Assembly: GCA_031366795.1 (NCBI GenBank)
Contig: JANLOX010000031.1
Location: 1 to 48,490 of the forward strand
Length of the DNA stretch: 48,490 nt
Reading direction: 5' to 3'
DNA from: Candidatus Eiseniibacteriota bacterium
GTDB lineage: Bacteria; Eisenbacteria; RBG-16-71-46
The notes below the pieces were generated by a model. The model did no database searches, had not been told where the DNA came from, and saw only the letters and a list, made by a program, of their open reading frames with translations. Shown here in pieces: positions 1 to 9,486 of the stretch (position 1 is the first letter of the stretch; each line of letters starts with the position of its first letter). Position numbers and translations under genes: made by a program.

Positions 1-381
1 TACAGCGGAGAATTGACCATTTTTTGCGCCGCCGTATTGGGGGCATCACTCGGCTTTCTCTGGTACAACTGTCACCCTGCCAATGTCTTCATGGGCGATA
101 CCGGCTCGCTGGCGTTGGGAGGGGCACTCGGAACGGTCGCCGTGCTGATCAAGCGCGAGTTCTGGCTGGTGCTCGTGGGCGGCATCTTCGTGGCCGAGGC
201 GCTGTCGGTCATGATCCAGGTCGCCAGCTTCAAAATGACGGGCAAGCGGGTGTTCCGCATGTCCCCGCTGCATCACCACTTCGAACTGCTCGGCTGGGCT
301 GAATCCCGGGTTGTGCTCCGATTCTACATTGTAGGTGCGCTGTTGGCCTTGCTCTCCCTCTCGACGCTCAAACTCCAATGA
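1..381 (+). CDS. mraY: Phospho-N-acetylmuramoyl-pentapeptide transferase (5'-truncated by window edge)
   Basis: Motifs [22 protein letters not shown] and [12 protein letters not shown]; frame open from base 1; directly upstream of murD with ATGA overlap. Confidence 0.97.
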   Translation, partial: YSGELTIFCAAVLGASLGFLWYNCHPANVFMGDTGSLALGGALGTVAVLIKREFWLVLVGGIFVAEALSVMIQVASFKMTGKRVFRMSPLHHHFELLGWAESRVVLRFYIVGALLALLSLSTLKLQ

Positions 382-1757
382 CCCTCGACGCCCAGCATCC
401 GCTGCCCGGTTCCCGCGCCCTCGTGGTCGGGGCTGCCCGTTCCGGCGTCTCGGCGGCGCGCTTGCTGCGTCGCCACGGCGTCGATGTGCGGGTGTGCGAC
501 ACGCGGACGCGTGAGTCGGCGCCCGATGCCGCGCGCGTGCTGGCCGAACTCGGCGCCCACGCGGTGTGGGGCTCCGCTGCCGTGGCGAACCTCGACCGCC
601 GCGATTTCGTGATCTGGCGCCCCGGCATTCCGGCGGCGCACCCGATCGCCACGGCAGCGCTGGAGCGCGGCATTCCCGTGTGGTCCGAACTGGAGCTGGG
701 CTTCCACGCGGCTCACGCGCCGCTGGTCTGCATCACCGGCACGAACGGCAAGAGCACGACCACCGACCTGACCGGAGCCCTGCTGCGCGCGGCGGGCCGC
801 GAGGTCGAGGTGTGCGGCAACATCGGCAGGCCGATCTGCGATGTCGCCGAGGGCGTCAGTGCCGCCGGGTTGCTGGTGGCGGAAGTCTCGTCGTTCCAAC
901 TGGAAACCGTCGATCGCTTGAAGCCGTTCGTGGGCGTGTGGCTCAACCTGACGCCCGACCACATCGACCGCCACGGTGATCTCGAGACCTACGCGCTCGC
1001 CAAGCAGCGGCTGTTCGCGCGCCAGGATGAATCCGACTACGCCGTGTGGAATGCCGACGACGCGCAGGTGATGGCGCGCCGCGCGGGCAACGCGACGTGG
1101 CTGGAGTTCTCGACGCTAAGGCCCGTGGCGCAGGGCGCCGGTGTCGAGGACGGTACGCTGGTGCTGGCGTGGCGCGGGGGAGTCGAGCGCCTGATGCCGG
1201 CGAGCGAGCTCGGCATCCCGGGGCTGCACAACCTCGCCAACGCGCTGGCCGCCCTGGCGGCGGTGCTGCCATGGGAGATCGCGCCAGCGACCTTGCGCCG
1301 CGCGCTGCAGGAATACCGCGGGCTCGAACATCGGCTCGAGCGCGTCGCCGTCGTCGATGGTGTCACCTTTGTCAATGATTCCAAGGCCACCAACCTGGGC
1401 TCGCTCGAAGTGGCTCTGCAGAGTTTCGAGTCCCCAGTCGTGCTGATTGCCGGCGGCCGCGACAAGGGACAGGACTTCTCGCCGCTGCACGATCTGGTGC
1501 GGCGCTCGGCGACGAACGTGGTGCTGATCGGCGAGGGCGCCGACGCCATGGAGCGCGCGTGGCCCTCCGTGCCGCACGTGCGGGCCGCCTCGCTCGATGC
1601 TGCCGTCGATGCGGCGTTTGAGCGCGCGCGCCCCAGCGGCACGGTGCTGCTGTCGCCCGGCTGCGCCTCGTTCGACATGTTCCGTGATTACGAAGACCGT
1701 GGCCAGCGCTTCAAGGCCGAAGTCGCCCGCATCCAGTTGAAGGAGGCCAACTCGTGA
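378..1757 (+). CDS. murD: UDP-N-acetylmuramoyl-L-alanine--D-glutamate ligase
   Basis: [12 protein letters not shown]-loop, [33 protein letters not shown]; dcw synteny. Confidence 0.97.
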   Translation: MTLDAQHPLPGSRALVVGAARSGVSAARLLRRHGVDVRVCDTRTRESAPDAARVLAELGAHAVWGSAAVANLDRRDFVIWRPGIPAAHPIATAALERGIPVWSELELGFHAAHAPLVCITGTNGKSTTTDLTGALLRAAGREVEVCGNIGRPICDVAEGVSAAGLLVAEVSSFQLETVDRLKPFVGVWLNLTPDHIDRHGDLETYALAKQRLFARQDESDYAVWNADDAQVMARRAGNATWLEFSTLRPVAQGAGVEDGTLVLAWRGGVERLMPASELGIPGLHNLANALAALAAVLPWEIAPATLRRALQEYRGLEHRLERVAVVDGVTFVNDSKATNLGSLEVALQSFESPVVLIAGGRDKGQDFSPLHDLVRRSATNVVLIGEGADAMERAWPSVPHVRAASLDAAVDAAFERARPSGTVLLSPGCASFDMFRDYEDRGQRFKAEVARIQLKEANS

Positions 1758-2878
1758 ACCGGGGAGACCGCTGGCTGCTGGTGTTGCCGCTGGTGCTGAC
1801 GGCGATCGGCCTGATCATGGTGTACTCGGCGAGCTCGATGCTCGGCATCCAGCGTTACCACGATCCCAACCACTACCTGTTCCAGCAGTTGATCCGCGTC
1901 GTGCTCGGGCTGGTGGCGATGGTGGCGTGCACGCGCATCGACTTGCGAAAGCTCGAGGCATCGGCGCCGTGGCTGCTGGGCATTTCGATCCCCCTGCTGC
2001 TGGTGGTCGCCGTGGCCGGTCATGTCTCCAATGGCGCCGCGCGCTGGATCCGCATGGGCACGGTGACGTTCCAGCCCACCGACCTGGCGCGGCTCGGCAC
2101 CGTCGTGTTCCTCGCGTGGTGGCTCAAGCGCCACCCGCCGGGCGATCTCGGCTTCCGCCGTGGCGTGTTGCCGCCACTGATCATCGCTGGCGTCATGGCA
2201 GGGCTCATCCTGATGCAGCCCAACCTGAGCAGCGCCGGGCTGCTGGCATTCACCTGTTTCATGCTGGTCTTTCTTGCCGGTGCGCGGGTCCTGCACCTGC
2301 TGGCGCCGGTGGGCGCCGGGGCGGTGCTCGTACTGGGCGCACTGGTGACGCATCCCTACCAAATGCAGCGCGTCAAGACGTTCGTGGGTTTCCTGTTCGG
2401 GGGCGACGTCAACGAACAGGGTTCCGGATACCAGCTCACCCAATCACTGATTGCCATCGGCAGCGGCGGTTGGGCAGGGCGCGGGCTGGGGCAGGGGTTG
2501 CAGAAGAATCTGTACCTGCCCGAGCCACACACTGATTTCATTTTCTCCGTACTCGCCGAGGAGCTGGGGCTCATCGGCGTCACTGTCCTACTCGTCCTGT
2601 TCGTGCTGCTGCTGTGGCGGGGATTTCGCGCCACGGCGCGCGCGCATGACGAATTTGCCCATCTGCTGGCAGGTGGTCTCACGCTTCAGATCGGACTCTA
2701 CGCCGCGGTCAATCTCGCCGTCGCGACGGGGCTGGCGCCCACGACCGGGCTGCCCTTGCCATTCGTCTCGTACGGCGGCTCGGCGCTGCTCGCGAATCTT
2801 GCGGCCGCCGGATTGCTCTATCGCGTGAGTTCCGTGAACGACGTGCGGGAAACACTGGAACGCAGCCGGTGGTCGTGA
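1754..2878 (+). CDS. ftsW: SEDS-family peptidoglycan polymerase FtsW
   Basis: Multi-TM; NGAARWI, FQPTD, LPEPHTDFIF, LPFVSYGGS; between murD and murG. Confidence 0.96.
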   Translation: MNRGDRWLLVLPLVLTAIGLIMVYSASSMLGIQRYHDPNHYLFQQLIRVVLGLVAMVACTRIDLRKLEASAPWLLGISIPLLLVVAVAGHVSNGAARWIRMGTVTFQPTDLARLGTVVFLAWWLKRHPPGDLGFRRGVLPPLIIAGVMAGLILMQPNLSSAGLLAFTCFMLVFLAGARVLHLLAPVGAGAVLVLGALVTHPYQMQRVKTFVGFLFGGDVNEQGSGYQLTQSLIAIGSGGWAGRGLGQGLQKNLYLPEPHTDFIFSVLAEELGLIGVTVLLVLFVLLLWRGFRATARAHDEFAHLLAGGLTLQIGLYAAVNLAVATGLAPTTGLPLPFVSYGGSALLANLAAAGLLYRVSSVNDVRETLERSRWS

Positions 2879-2888
2879 GGGAGGCAAG

Positions 2889-4040
2889 ATGAAGGTGGTC
2901 ATTGCCGGCGGAGGCACCGGGGGACATGTGTTCCCAGGCATCGCCGTGGCGGAAGAATTGTTCCGCCTCAACAAGGACGTGAACATCCTGTTCGTCGGCA
3001 GCCGCCGCGGGCTGGAAGCCGTGGCCGTGCCGGAGGCGGGCTTCCGTATCCGCTTCCTGATGGCGCGCGGCTTCGCACGACGCCAGTACTGGCGCTGGCC
3101 GGCTGCCGCATTCACCAACGCCATCGGCTGCCTGCAGGCGTTGTGGATCATCGCCACCGAACACCCCGACGTGGTGCTCGGCACCGGCGGCTATGTGAGC
3201 GCTCCGGTCGCGGTGGCCGCGTGGCTGCTGCGCCGACCGCTGCTGCTGCAGGAGCAGAACAGCATTCCCGGGCTCGCGAACCGCGTGTTGTCGCGGGTCG
3301 CCGATGAAGTCCACCTGTCGTTCGTCGAGGCGCGCACCTACTTCGCGCGCAAGGACCACCTCAAGGTGACGGGCAATCCCATCCGCGCCCACGTGTTGAG
3401 TGGCGACAAGCAGCAGGCGTTCAAGGAATTCGGTCTCGAGCCGGGCCACCCGACCATCTTCGTGTTCGGCGGCAGCCGAGGTGCCCACCGCATCAACGAG
3501 GCGGCGCTCGAAGCGATGAAGAAGCTGAAGGGCCGCGTCGACGTGCAGTGGATCCTGCAGACCGGCCGCGAAGACCTCGATTGGGCGACCAAGATCGTGG
3601 CGGAAAACCAGCTGCCCGCGCGCGTGATGGCGTTCCTCAGCAAGATCCACCTGGCCTACGCCGCGGCGGATCTCGTGGTGTGCCGCTCGGGCGCCATGAC
3701 GCTGGCCGAGATCTCGGCGTGCGGCACGCCGTCGATCCTCGTGCCGTACCCGTTCGCCGCGCACAACCACCAGGTCGTCAATGCCTCGAACCTCGTCGAT
3801 CGCCACGCCGCGGCCCTGATCCTCGACGCTGACCTGACGGGGGACAGGCTGGCCAAGGAGATCGCGCACTTCCTGAGCGACCGGGCACTGTTGTCCCAGA
3901 TGTCCGCCAACGCGCGGCGCTTCGCGCGACCGGATGCCGCCGAGAAGCTGGCGCGCAGCCTCATGCGCTGGTCATTGGGGCGCGCTGCCTTGCGCGCCCA
4001 GGCACTCGAACAATCGCAGAGCGGGGAAGGGTACTTGTAG
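2889..4040 (+). CDS. murG: Lipid II GlcNAc transferase
   Basis: GGGTGGHVFP, GTGGYVS, EQNSIPG, GGSRGA, RSGAMT, HQVVNA; SD GGAGG upstream. Confidence 0.97.
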   Translation: MKVVIAGGGTGGHVFPGIAVAEELFRLNKDVNILFVGSRRGLEAVAVPEAGFRIRFLMARGFARRQYWRWPAAAFTNAIGCLQALWIIATEHPDVVLGTGGYVSAPVAVAAWLLRRPLLLQEQNSIPGLANRVLSRVADEVHLSFVEARTYFARKDHLKVTGNPIRAHVLSGDKQQAFKEFGLEPGHPTIFVFGGSRGAHRINEAALEAMKKLKGRVDVQWILQTGREDLDWATKIVAENQLPARVMAFLSKIHLAYAAADLVVCRSGAMTLAEISACGTPSILVPYPFAAHNHQVVNASNLVDRHAAALILDADLTGDRLAKEIAHFLSDRALLSQMSANARRFARPDAAEKLARSLMRWSLGRAALRAQALEQSQSGEGYL

Positions 4041-5434
4041 TGTACGGACGCACGCGGCGCATCCACTTTGTCGGCATCGGCGGCTCGGGCATGTCGGGCA
4101 TCGCCGAGGTGCTGCTGACCATGGGCTACGAGATCACCGGCAGTGACCTCAAGGCCACCGACGTGACGGAGCGGCTGGTGCGTCTGGGCGGGCGTGTGTT
4201 CCTGGGGCACGAAGCCTCGAACATCGAGGGCGCGCAGGTCGTCGTCACTTCGACCGCCGTGCAGCAGGACAACCCCGAAGTCATCGCGGCGCGCGCCGCC
4301 GAGATTCCGGTGATCGCGCGTGCTGAAATGCTCGCCGAGTTGATGCGCATGAAGTACGGCATCGCCGTCGGCGGATCGCACGGTAAGACCACGACCACCT
4401 CGATGGTGGCGGCGGTGTTTGCGCGCGGCGGACTCGATCCCACGATCGTCGTCGGCGGCAGGCTCCACGCGCTCGGCAGCAACGCGCGGCTGGGCCACGG
4501 CGCCTTCCTCGTCGCCGAGGCGGATGAGAGCGACGGTTCGTTCCTGCGGCTGGCGCCGGCGGTGACCGTGATCACGAACATCGATCGCGAGCACCTCGAT
4601 CACTACAAGGATCTCGAAGAAATCCAGCAGGCCTTCGTGTACTTCGCGAATCGCGTGCCGTTCTATGGCGTGGCGATCCTGTGTGGAGACGATCCCGGCG
4701 TGTGCGCTGTCCTGCCGCGGCTCACCAAGCGTCATGTGTGCTACGGCACGGGCGAGATGTGTGAGATCCACGCCCACTCGATCGAGCTCACGGCGACCGG
4801 CTCGAGTTTCAAGGTGCGTTCGTTCGGCCGCGAGCTTGGGCTCGTCGAGCTGCAGGTGCCGGGGCGCCACAACGTCTTGAACGCCCTGGCGGCGATCGCC
4901 GTGGGCCTCGAGGTCGAGATCGGGTTCGGCCACATCGCCGAGTCGCTGGCCGGCTTCCGTGGCGTGGCGCGCCGCTTCGAGCTGCGCGGCGAGGCCTTGG
5001 GGGTGCAGGTGTTCGACGACTACGGCCATCACCCGACCGAAATCGCAGTGACGCTGGCCGCCGCCAGGCTACGCGGCAGCCGCGTGCTGGTGTTGTTCCA
5101 GCCGCACCGCTATTCGCGCACCGCCGCACTGGCGCAGGAGTTTGGCGCCTGCTTCAGCGACGCGACTCGCGTATGGGTGCTCGACATCTATCCCGCGGGC
5201 GAGGCGCCGATGCCGGGGGTCACCTCGGCACGGATCATCGAGGCCGCGCGCGCCGTGGGCGCCGCGCACGTTGAACACGCCTCCGATGCGGTGCAGGCCG
5301 TCGAAGCGCTCGCGCGTGAGGCGCGCCCCGGCGACCTCGTGTTCACGTTGGGTGCCGGCGATGTGTGGCGCATGGGCGACGCCGTGCTGGCGCAACTGCG
5401 GCAACGCACCCCGGTGGCGGGAGGGACGCGCTGA
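4040..5434 (+). CDS. murC: UDP-N-acetylmuramate--L-alanine ligase
   Basis: IHFVGIGGSGMSGIA, HGKTTTT, EADESDGSF, DDYGHHPTE, FQPHRYSRT. Confidence 0.97.
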   Translation: MYGRTRRIHFVGIGGSGMSGIAEVLLTMGYEITGSDLKATDVTERLVRLGGRVFLGHEASNIEGAQVVVTSTAVQQDNPEVIAARAAEIPVIARAEMLAELMRMKYGIAVGGSHGKTTTTSMVAAVFARGGLDPTIVVGGRLHALGSNARLGHGAFLVAEADESDGSFLRLAPAVTVITNIDREHLDHYKDLEEIQQAFVYFANRVPFYGVAILCGDDPGVCAVLPRLTKRHVCYGTGEMCEIHAHSIELTATGSSFKVRSFGRELGLVELQVPGRHNVLNALAAIAVGLEVEIGFGHIAESLAGFRGVARRFELRGEALGVQVFDDYGHHPTEIAVTLAAARLRGSRVLVLFQPHRYSRTAALAQEFGACFSDATRVWVLDIYPAGEAPMPGVTSARIIEAARAVGAAHVEHASDAVQAVEALAREARPGDLVFTLGAGDVWRMGDAVLAQLRQRTPVAGGTR

Positions 5435-6249
5435 TGGCGACTTACCAGGGACGCGCGCTGCGCACCGCGGCGCCCAAGGTGCGCCAGGGCACGCTCGGCA
5501 AGCTGGGCCGTGTGGCCAAGGTCATCGGCGTGCTTGGCCTGGTTGCCGCACTCGCGCATGTGCCGTGGGGAACCCTGCGTGCCCAGGCGATCCACGTCGC
5601 CGAGATCCGGGTCGAGGGCCTGCACTATCTCGACGCCGCCACGATCGCAGCGCGATCAGGCATCAAGGTGGGCTCGGGCTGGCTCGACGCCGATCTCGAC
5701 GGCGCCCGCCAGCGGCTGATGGCCGACTCGCGGATTCGCGGGGCGCGCGTCACGAGGGCGTTCCCGAACACCATCGACATCAAGATCGAAGAGCGCGTGC
5801 CCGTGCTGCTGGTGCATCACGGGAGCCCGTGGGAGTTGGCCGGCGATGGCGTGCTGATGGCGCCGCTCAAGGAAGGCGTGGTCGCCGACGTGCCGCTGGT
5901 CAATGGGCTGGAGGCCGAGAAGTACAAGGCCGGCACCTGCATCGGGACCCCTGAGACGCAGCGGGCGCTGGCCTGGGTGGGGGCGACCGCGGATCCGCAG
6001 CTGGAGCTGGCGGGACGCATCTCAGAATTTGACGTTTCCGACGCGGCCTCCACGGCGGTGGTGCTGATGGACGGAACTCGTGTATTGGCTCCGGCATGGC
6101 CGCCGGGCTTAAGCACACTTTCTTCGCTCCGGGTGGTGCTGACCTCCCTCGGCCAGCGAGGAATTGCGGCACAAGAGATCGATCTGCGGTATAAGCATCA
6201 GGTGATCGTGCGGCCCGCGGCAGGAGACGCGGTGATGCAACCCAGCTAG
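5434..6249 (+). CDS. ftsQ: Cell division protein FtsQ/DivIB
   Basis: ATG overlaps murC stop (TGATG); one TM, POTRA-like segment (RAFPNTIDIKIEERVP), C-terminal IDLRY; between murC and ftsA. Confidence 0.9.
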   Translation: MATYQGRALRTAAPKVRQGTLGKLGRVAKVIGVLGLVAALAHVPWGTLRAQAIHVAEIRVEGLHYLDAATIAARSGIKVGSGWLDADLDGARQRLMADSRIRGARVTRAFPNTIDIKIEERVPVLLVHHGSPWELAGDGVLMAPLKEGVVADVPLVNGLEAEKYKAGTCIGTPETQRALAWVGATADPQLELAGRISEFDVSDAASTAVVLMDGTRVLAPAWPPGLSTLSSLRVVLTSLGQRGIAAQEIDLRYKHQVIVRPAAGDAVMQPS

Positions 6250-6331
6250 AGTGGTGGGCGACTGATTTCCAGGGAGCCCCGAGACAACGGCGGACTTAAG
6301 CTTCAACCCTAAGGATGGGGGTGATCGGCGC

Positions 6332-7570
6332 ATGGCGCAGGCATCGAAGACACACGTAGGACTCGACATCGGCACGACGAAGATCTCGTGCATCGTGGCC
6401 GACATGAATGGCAGCGGTGAGCTGCGCATCGTCGGTGTCGGCAACGCCCCGAGCGAAGGATTGCGGCGCGGCGTGGTCGTCGACCTCGAGAAGACCGTCG
6501 CCAGCATCACGCGCGCGGTGGACGAGGCCGAGCGCATGGCCGGCGTGCCGGTCAAGGGCGTCATCGCCGGCATCGCGGGCGACCATATCCGCAGCATCAA
6601 CAGCCGCGGCGTCATCGCGGTCTCGCGCAAGGACAACGAGATCGGCCCCGCCGACGTCAGCCGCGTCGTCGAGGCGGCGCAGGCCGTGGCCATCCCGGTC
6701 GACCGCGAAATCATCCACGTCATCCCGCAAGAATTCATCGTCGACGACCAGGACGGCATCAAGGATCCGGTCGGCATGAGCGGTGTGCGCCTCGAAGCCG
6801 AAGTGCACATCATCACCGGCGCGGTGTCCTCGGCGCAGAACATCTGCCGCGCCATCCAGCGCGCCGGGCTCAAGGTCCACGACCTGGTGCTCGAGCCGCT
6901 GGCGTCGAGCCATGCCGTGCTGGGCCGCGATGAGCGCGATTTAGGCGTTGCCCTGCTGGACATCGGCGGCGGCACCACGGACGTCGCGGTGTTTTTCGAA
7001 GGCTCGATCCGCCACACGGCGATCATCCCGTTCGGCGGCTCGAACGTCACCAACGACATCGCCATCGGCCTGCGCACCCCGATCGATAAGGCCGAAGCCA
7101 TCAAGATCGCGTACGGCTCGGCACTCGCATCGCTGGTGCCGGCCGAGCAGACCATCACCGTCTCCGGTGTCGGCGGCCGCGCCGATCGCGAGATTTCGCG
7201 CCACGTGCTGGCCTCGATGATCGAGCCGCGCATGGAAGAGATCTTCGCGCTCGCCAACAAGGAAGTGAAGAAGAACCACTTCGCCGAGTTGCTGGGCGGC
7301 GGGATTGTGCTGACCGGCGGGACCTCGCTGATGCCCGGCATCGTCGAGCTGGCGGAGCAGGTGTTCGAAATGCCGGTGCGGCTCGGCGTGCCGCAGGGCG
7401 TGACGGGGTTGTCGGCCAATGTCGCCGACCCGCGGTTCTCGACGGGTGTCGGCCTGGTGCTTCATGGCGCCCGGCCCGAAGGGCGCGACGGTGGCATGTT
7501 CAACGGCCACAAGGATCATCGCGCGAGCCGCAAGCAGGACATTCGCAGCTGGATTGCCAATCTGTTCTAG
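6332..7570 (+). CDS. ftsA: Cell division protein FtsA
   Basis: GLDIGTTKI, DIGGGTTD, VLTGGTS, C-terminal amphipathic IRSWIANLF. Confidence 0.97.
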   Translation: MAQASKTHVGLDIGTTKISCIVADMNGSGELRIVGVGNAPSEGLRRGVVVDLEKTVASITRAVDEAERMAGVPVKGVIAGIAGDHIRSINSRGVIAVSRKDNEIGPADVSRVVEAAQAVAIPVDREIIHVIPQEFIVDDQDGIKDPVGMSGVRLEAEVHIITGAVSSAQNICRAIQRAGLKVHDLVLEPLASSHAVLGRDERDLGVALLDIGGGTTDVAVFFEGSIRHTAIIPFGGSNVTNDIAIGLRTPIDKAEAIKIAYGSALASLVPAEQTITVSGVGGRADREISRHVLASMIEPRMEEIFALANKEVKKNHFAELLGGGIVLTGGTSLMPGIVELAEQVFEMPVRLGVPQGVTGLSANVADPRFSTGVGLVLHGARPEGRDGGMFNGHKDHRASRKQDIRSWIANLF

Positions 7571-7672
7571 GCCGTTGGTCTGTCGCAGGCCGTTCGTAAT
7601 TGTTTGCCGGATTCCAAGGAGTCGGCGGGGTGACCGCCGCGCAGGAGCCGGAATCGCACAGGGAGAGTGCTC

Positions 7673-8839
7673 ATGTCATCCTTCGAACTCGAACTCGAGT
7701 CCACGGCTTCGGCCCGCCTCAAGGTCATCGGCTGCGGCGGCGCCGGCGGCAACGCCATCAATCGCATGATCGGCGCAGGCCTACGCGGTGTGGACTTCAT
7801 CGCCGCCAACACCGACCTGCAGGCCTTGAACCAGTCGCTGGCCCCCACGCGCATCCAGATCGGCGCGGGCGCCACGCGGGGCTTAGGCTCCGGTGGCGAT
7901 CCCTCGACGGGACGCCGTTCCGCTGAAGAAGACGAACAGACCATTCATGACGCCCTGTCCGAGAGCGACATGGTGTTCATCACCGCCGGTATGGGCGGGG
8001 GCACGGGGACCGGCTCGGCGCCCGTCGTGGCACGCATCGCCAAGCAGTCGGGCGCGCTGACGGTGGCGGTCGTCACCAAGCCGTTCCTGTTCGAAGGCCG
8101 CCGCCGCATGCGCCAGGCCGAAGAGGGCCTGAACGAATTGCGCGCCGAGGTCGACACCCTGATCGTGATCCCGAACGAGCGGCTGCTGTCGGTCGTGCTG
8201 CCGGGCACGGCACTCACCGATGCCTTCGGCGTGTGCGACGAAGTGTTGCTCAAGGCTACCAAAGGCATCTCTGATCTCGTCACCGTGCCGGGGCTTGTGA
8301 ATCTCGACTTCGCCGACGTCAAGGCGGTGATGTCGAATCGCGGCAACGCCCTGATGGGGACCGGCCGCGCGTCTGGCCCGAACCGCGCTACGGAGGCCGC
8401 GCAGATGGCGGTCTCGAGCCCGCTGCTCGAGGACGTCACGATCGCCGGCGCCGAAGGCGTGCTGGTGAACATCACCGGCGGCCGCGACCTGTCGCTGCAC
8501 GAGGTGAATGAAGCCTCGAGCGTCGTCGTTGCCGCCGCGGGTGAAGATGCCAACGTGATCTTCGGCGCGGTGATCGATCCCAATATGGATGGCGAGGTGC
8601 AGATCACCGTCGTCGCCACCGGCTTCGGGCGTCACGGTGAGCCCAAGCACAAGGTGCTGCAGCTGTCGCCGCAGCGCGTCATGCCGACGCGCCCTGCGGA
8701 GGAGCTGGACATCGAGGAACTGTCGCGCAAGCCGGCGTGGGACCGCGTGAAGGACTTCAGGCCGCCGCGCTTCAGCGACAACGGCCGCACGGAGTCGCGC
8801 GAGATCCCGGCGTTCCTGCGCAGCAACAACCTCGACTAG
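7673..8839 (+). CDS. ftsZ: Cell division protein FtsZ
   Basis: GGAGGNA, GMGGGTGTG tubulin signature, NLDFAD, C-terminal EIPAFLR; SD GGGAGAG upstream. Confidence 0.98.
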   Translation: MSSFELELESTASARLKVIGCGGAGGNAINRMIGAGLRGVDFIAANTDLQALNQSLAPTRIQIGAGATRGLGSGGDPSTGRRSAEEDEQTIHDALSESDMVFITAGMGGGTGTGSAPVVARIAKQSGALTVAVVTKPFLFEGRRRMRQAEEGLNELRAEVDTLIVIPNERLLSVVLPGTALTDAFGVCDEVLLKATKGISDLVTVPGLVNLDFADVKAVMSNRGNALMGTGRASGPNRATEAAQMAVSSPLLEDVTIAGAEGVLVNITGGRDLSLHEVNEASSVVVAAAGEDANVIFGAVIDPNMDGEVQITVVATGFGRHGEPKHKVLQLSPQRVMPTRPAEELDIEELSRKPAWDRVKDFRPPRFSDNGRTESREIPAFLRSNNLD

Positions 8840-8949
8840 GGACGTAGCGCATCTGCGATCGTGCGGGGCGCCACGGGCGCACGGCGCCACGCGGGGACAG
8901 GCATACGGCTGCTCGGGCGGCGATACGGGAGCCCGGGTGGCCGGACAAG

Positions 8950-8989
8950 CAAGCGAAACGCCCCGGACGCTGATGCGTTCCGGGGCGTT
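8950..8989 (-). terminator. Intrinsic terminator of rpmB (possibly also serves convergent ftsZ)
   Basis: 11-bp stem AACGCCCCGGA (8957-8967)/TCCGGGGCGTT (8979-8989); T-rich tail on the minus strand. Confidence 0.7.
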
Positions 8990-9006
8990 GTCGTGAGCTG
9001 TCCTGC

Positions 9007-9231
9007 TTAAGCGGCGGGCGTGGCCACGTAGTTGCGGCCGCGCGGGGCCTTGATGACCTTGCCCGAGCGCAGGCAGCGTGTGCACGCGTCGATCTGGCGC
9101 GGTTGCCCATCCACCAGGGCGCGGACGCGTTGGAGGTTCGGGTTCCACTTCCGCTTGGTGATGTTGTGGGCGTGGCTCACGTTATTGCCCGAAAGCGTGC
9201 CCTTGCCACAAACGTCGCATCGCTGAGCCAC
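9007..9231 (-). CDS. rpmB: 50S ribosomal protein L28 (Zn-ribbon, Cys-containing type)
   Basis: MAQRCDVCGK...GNNVSHAHN.TKRKWNPNLQ...CTRCLRSGKV; rpmB-recG neighbourhood is common. Confidence 0.97.
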   Translation of the reverse strand: MAQRCDVCGKGTLSGNNVSHAHNITKRKWNPNLQRVRALVDGQPRQIDACTRCLRSGKVIKAPRGRNYVATPAA

Positions 9232-9305
9232 GAAAAACCCCCTCGATAAGAAGCCCGGCAGCCCGCAGCGGGCGCCGGGATAATCGTTGCGTAATTAGAC
9301 GAAGG

Positions 9306-9334
9306 AATGTAGCAGGATCGGGGCGGGATTGCCA
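9306..9334 (-). promoter_or_regulatory. Putative sigma70 promoter of rpmB
   Basis: Minus strand TGGCAA-N17-TACATT with extended -10 TG. Confidence 0.55.
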
Positions 9335-9486
9335 AATGGACGGCGCGATCTGGGGCGGCAACGGGTTCCGCCGCAATGCTTTCGGATGAATCTAATAGGG
9401 CCGCTGCGCGCCGGAACCGACGCCACGGACGCACGCAGCCGCCGGGGTTTTCCAGCCGTCTGTTGGAGTGTGAGATGGTCGCCCAC

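Noticed and set aside
8840..8945. GC-rich ftsZ-rpmB spacer with GGCGCCACG twice as a possible ncRNA
   Set aside because: Repeats are short for this GC content; no recognisable RNA family or promoter
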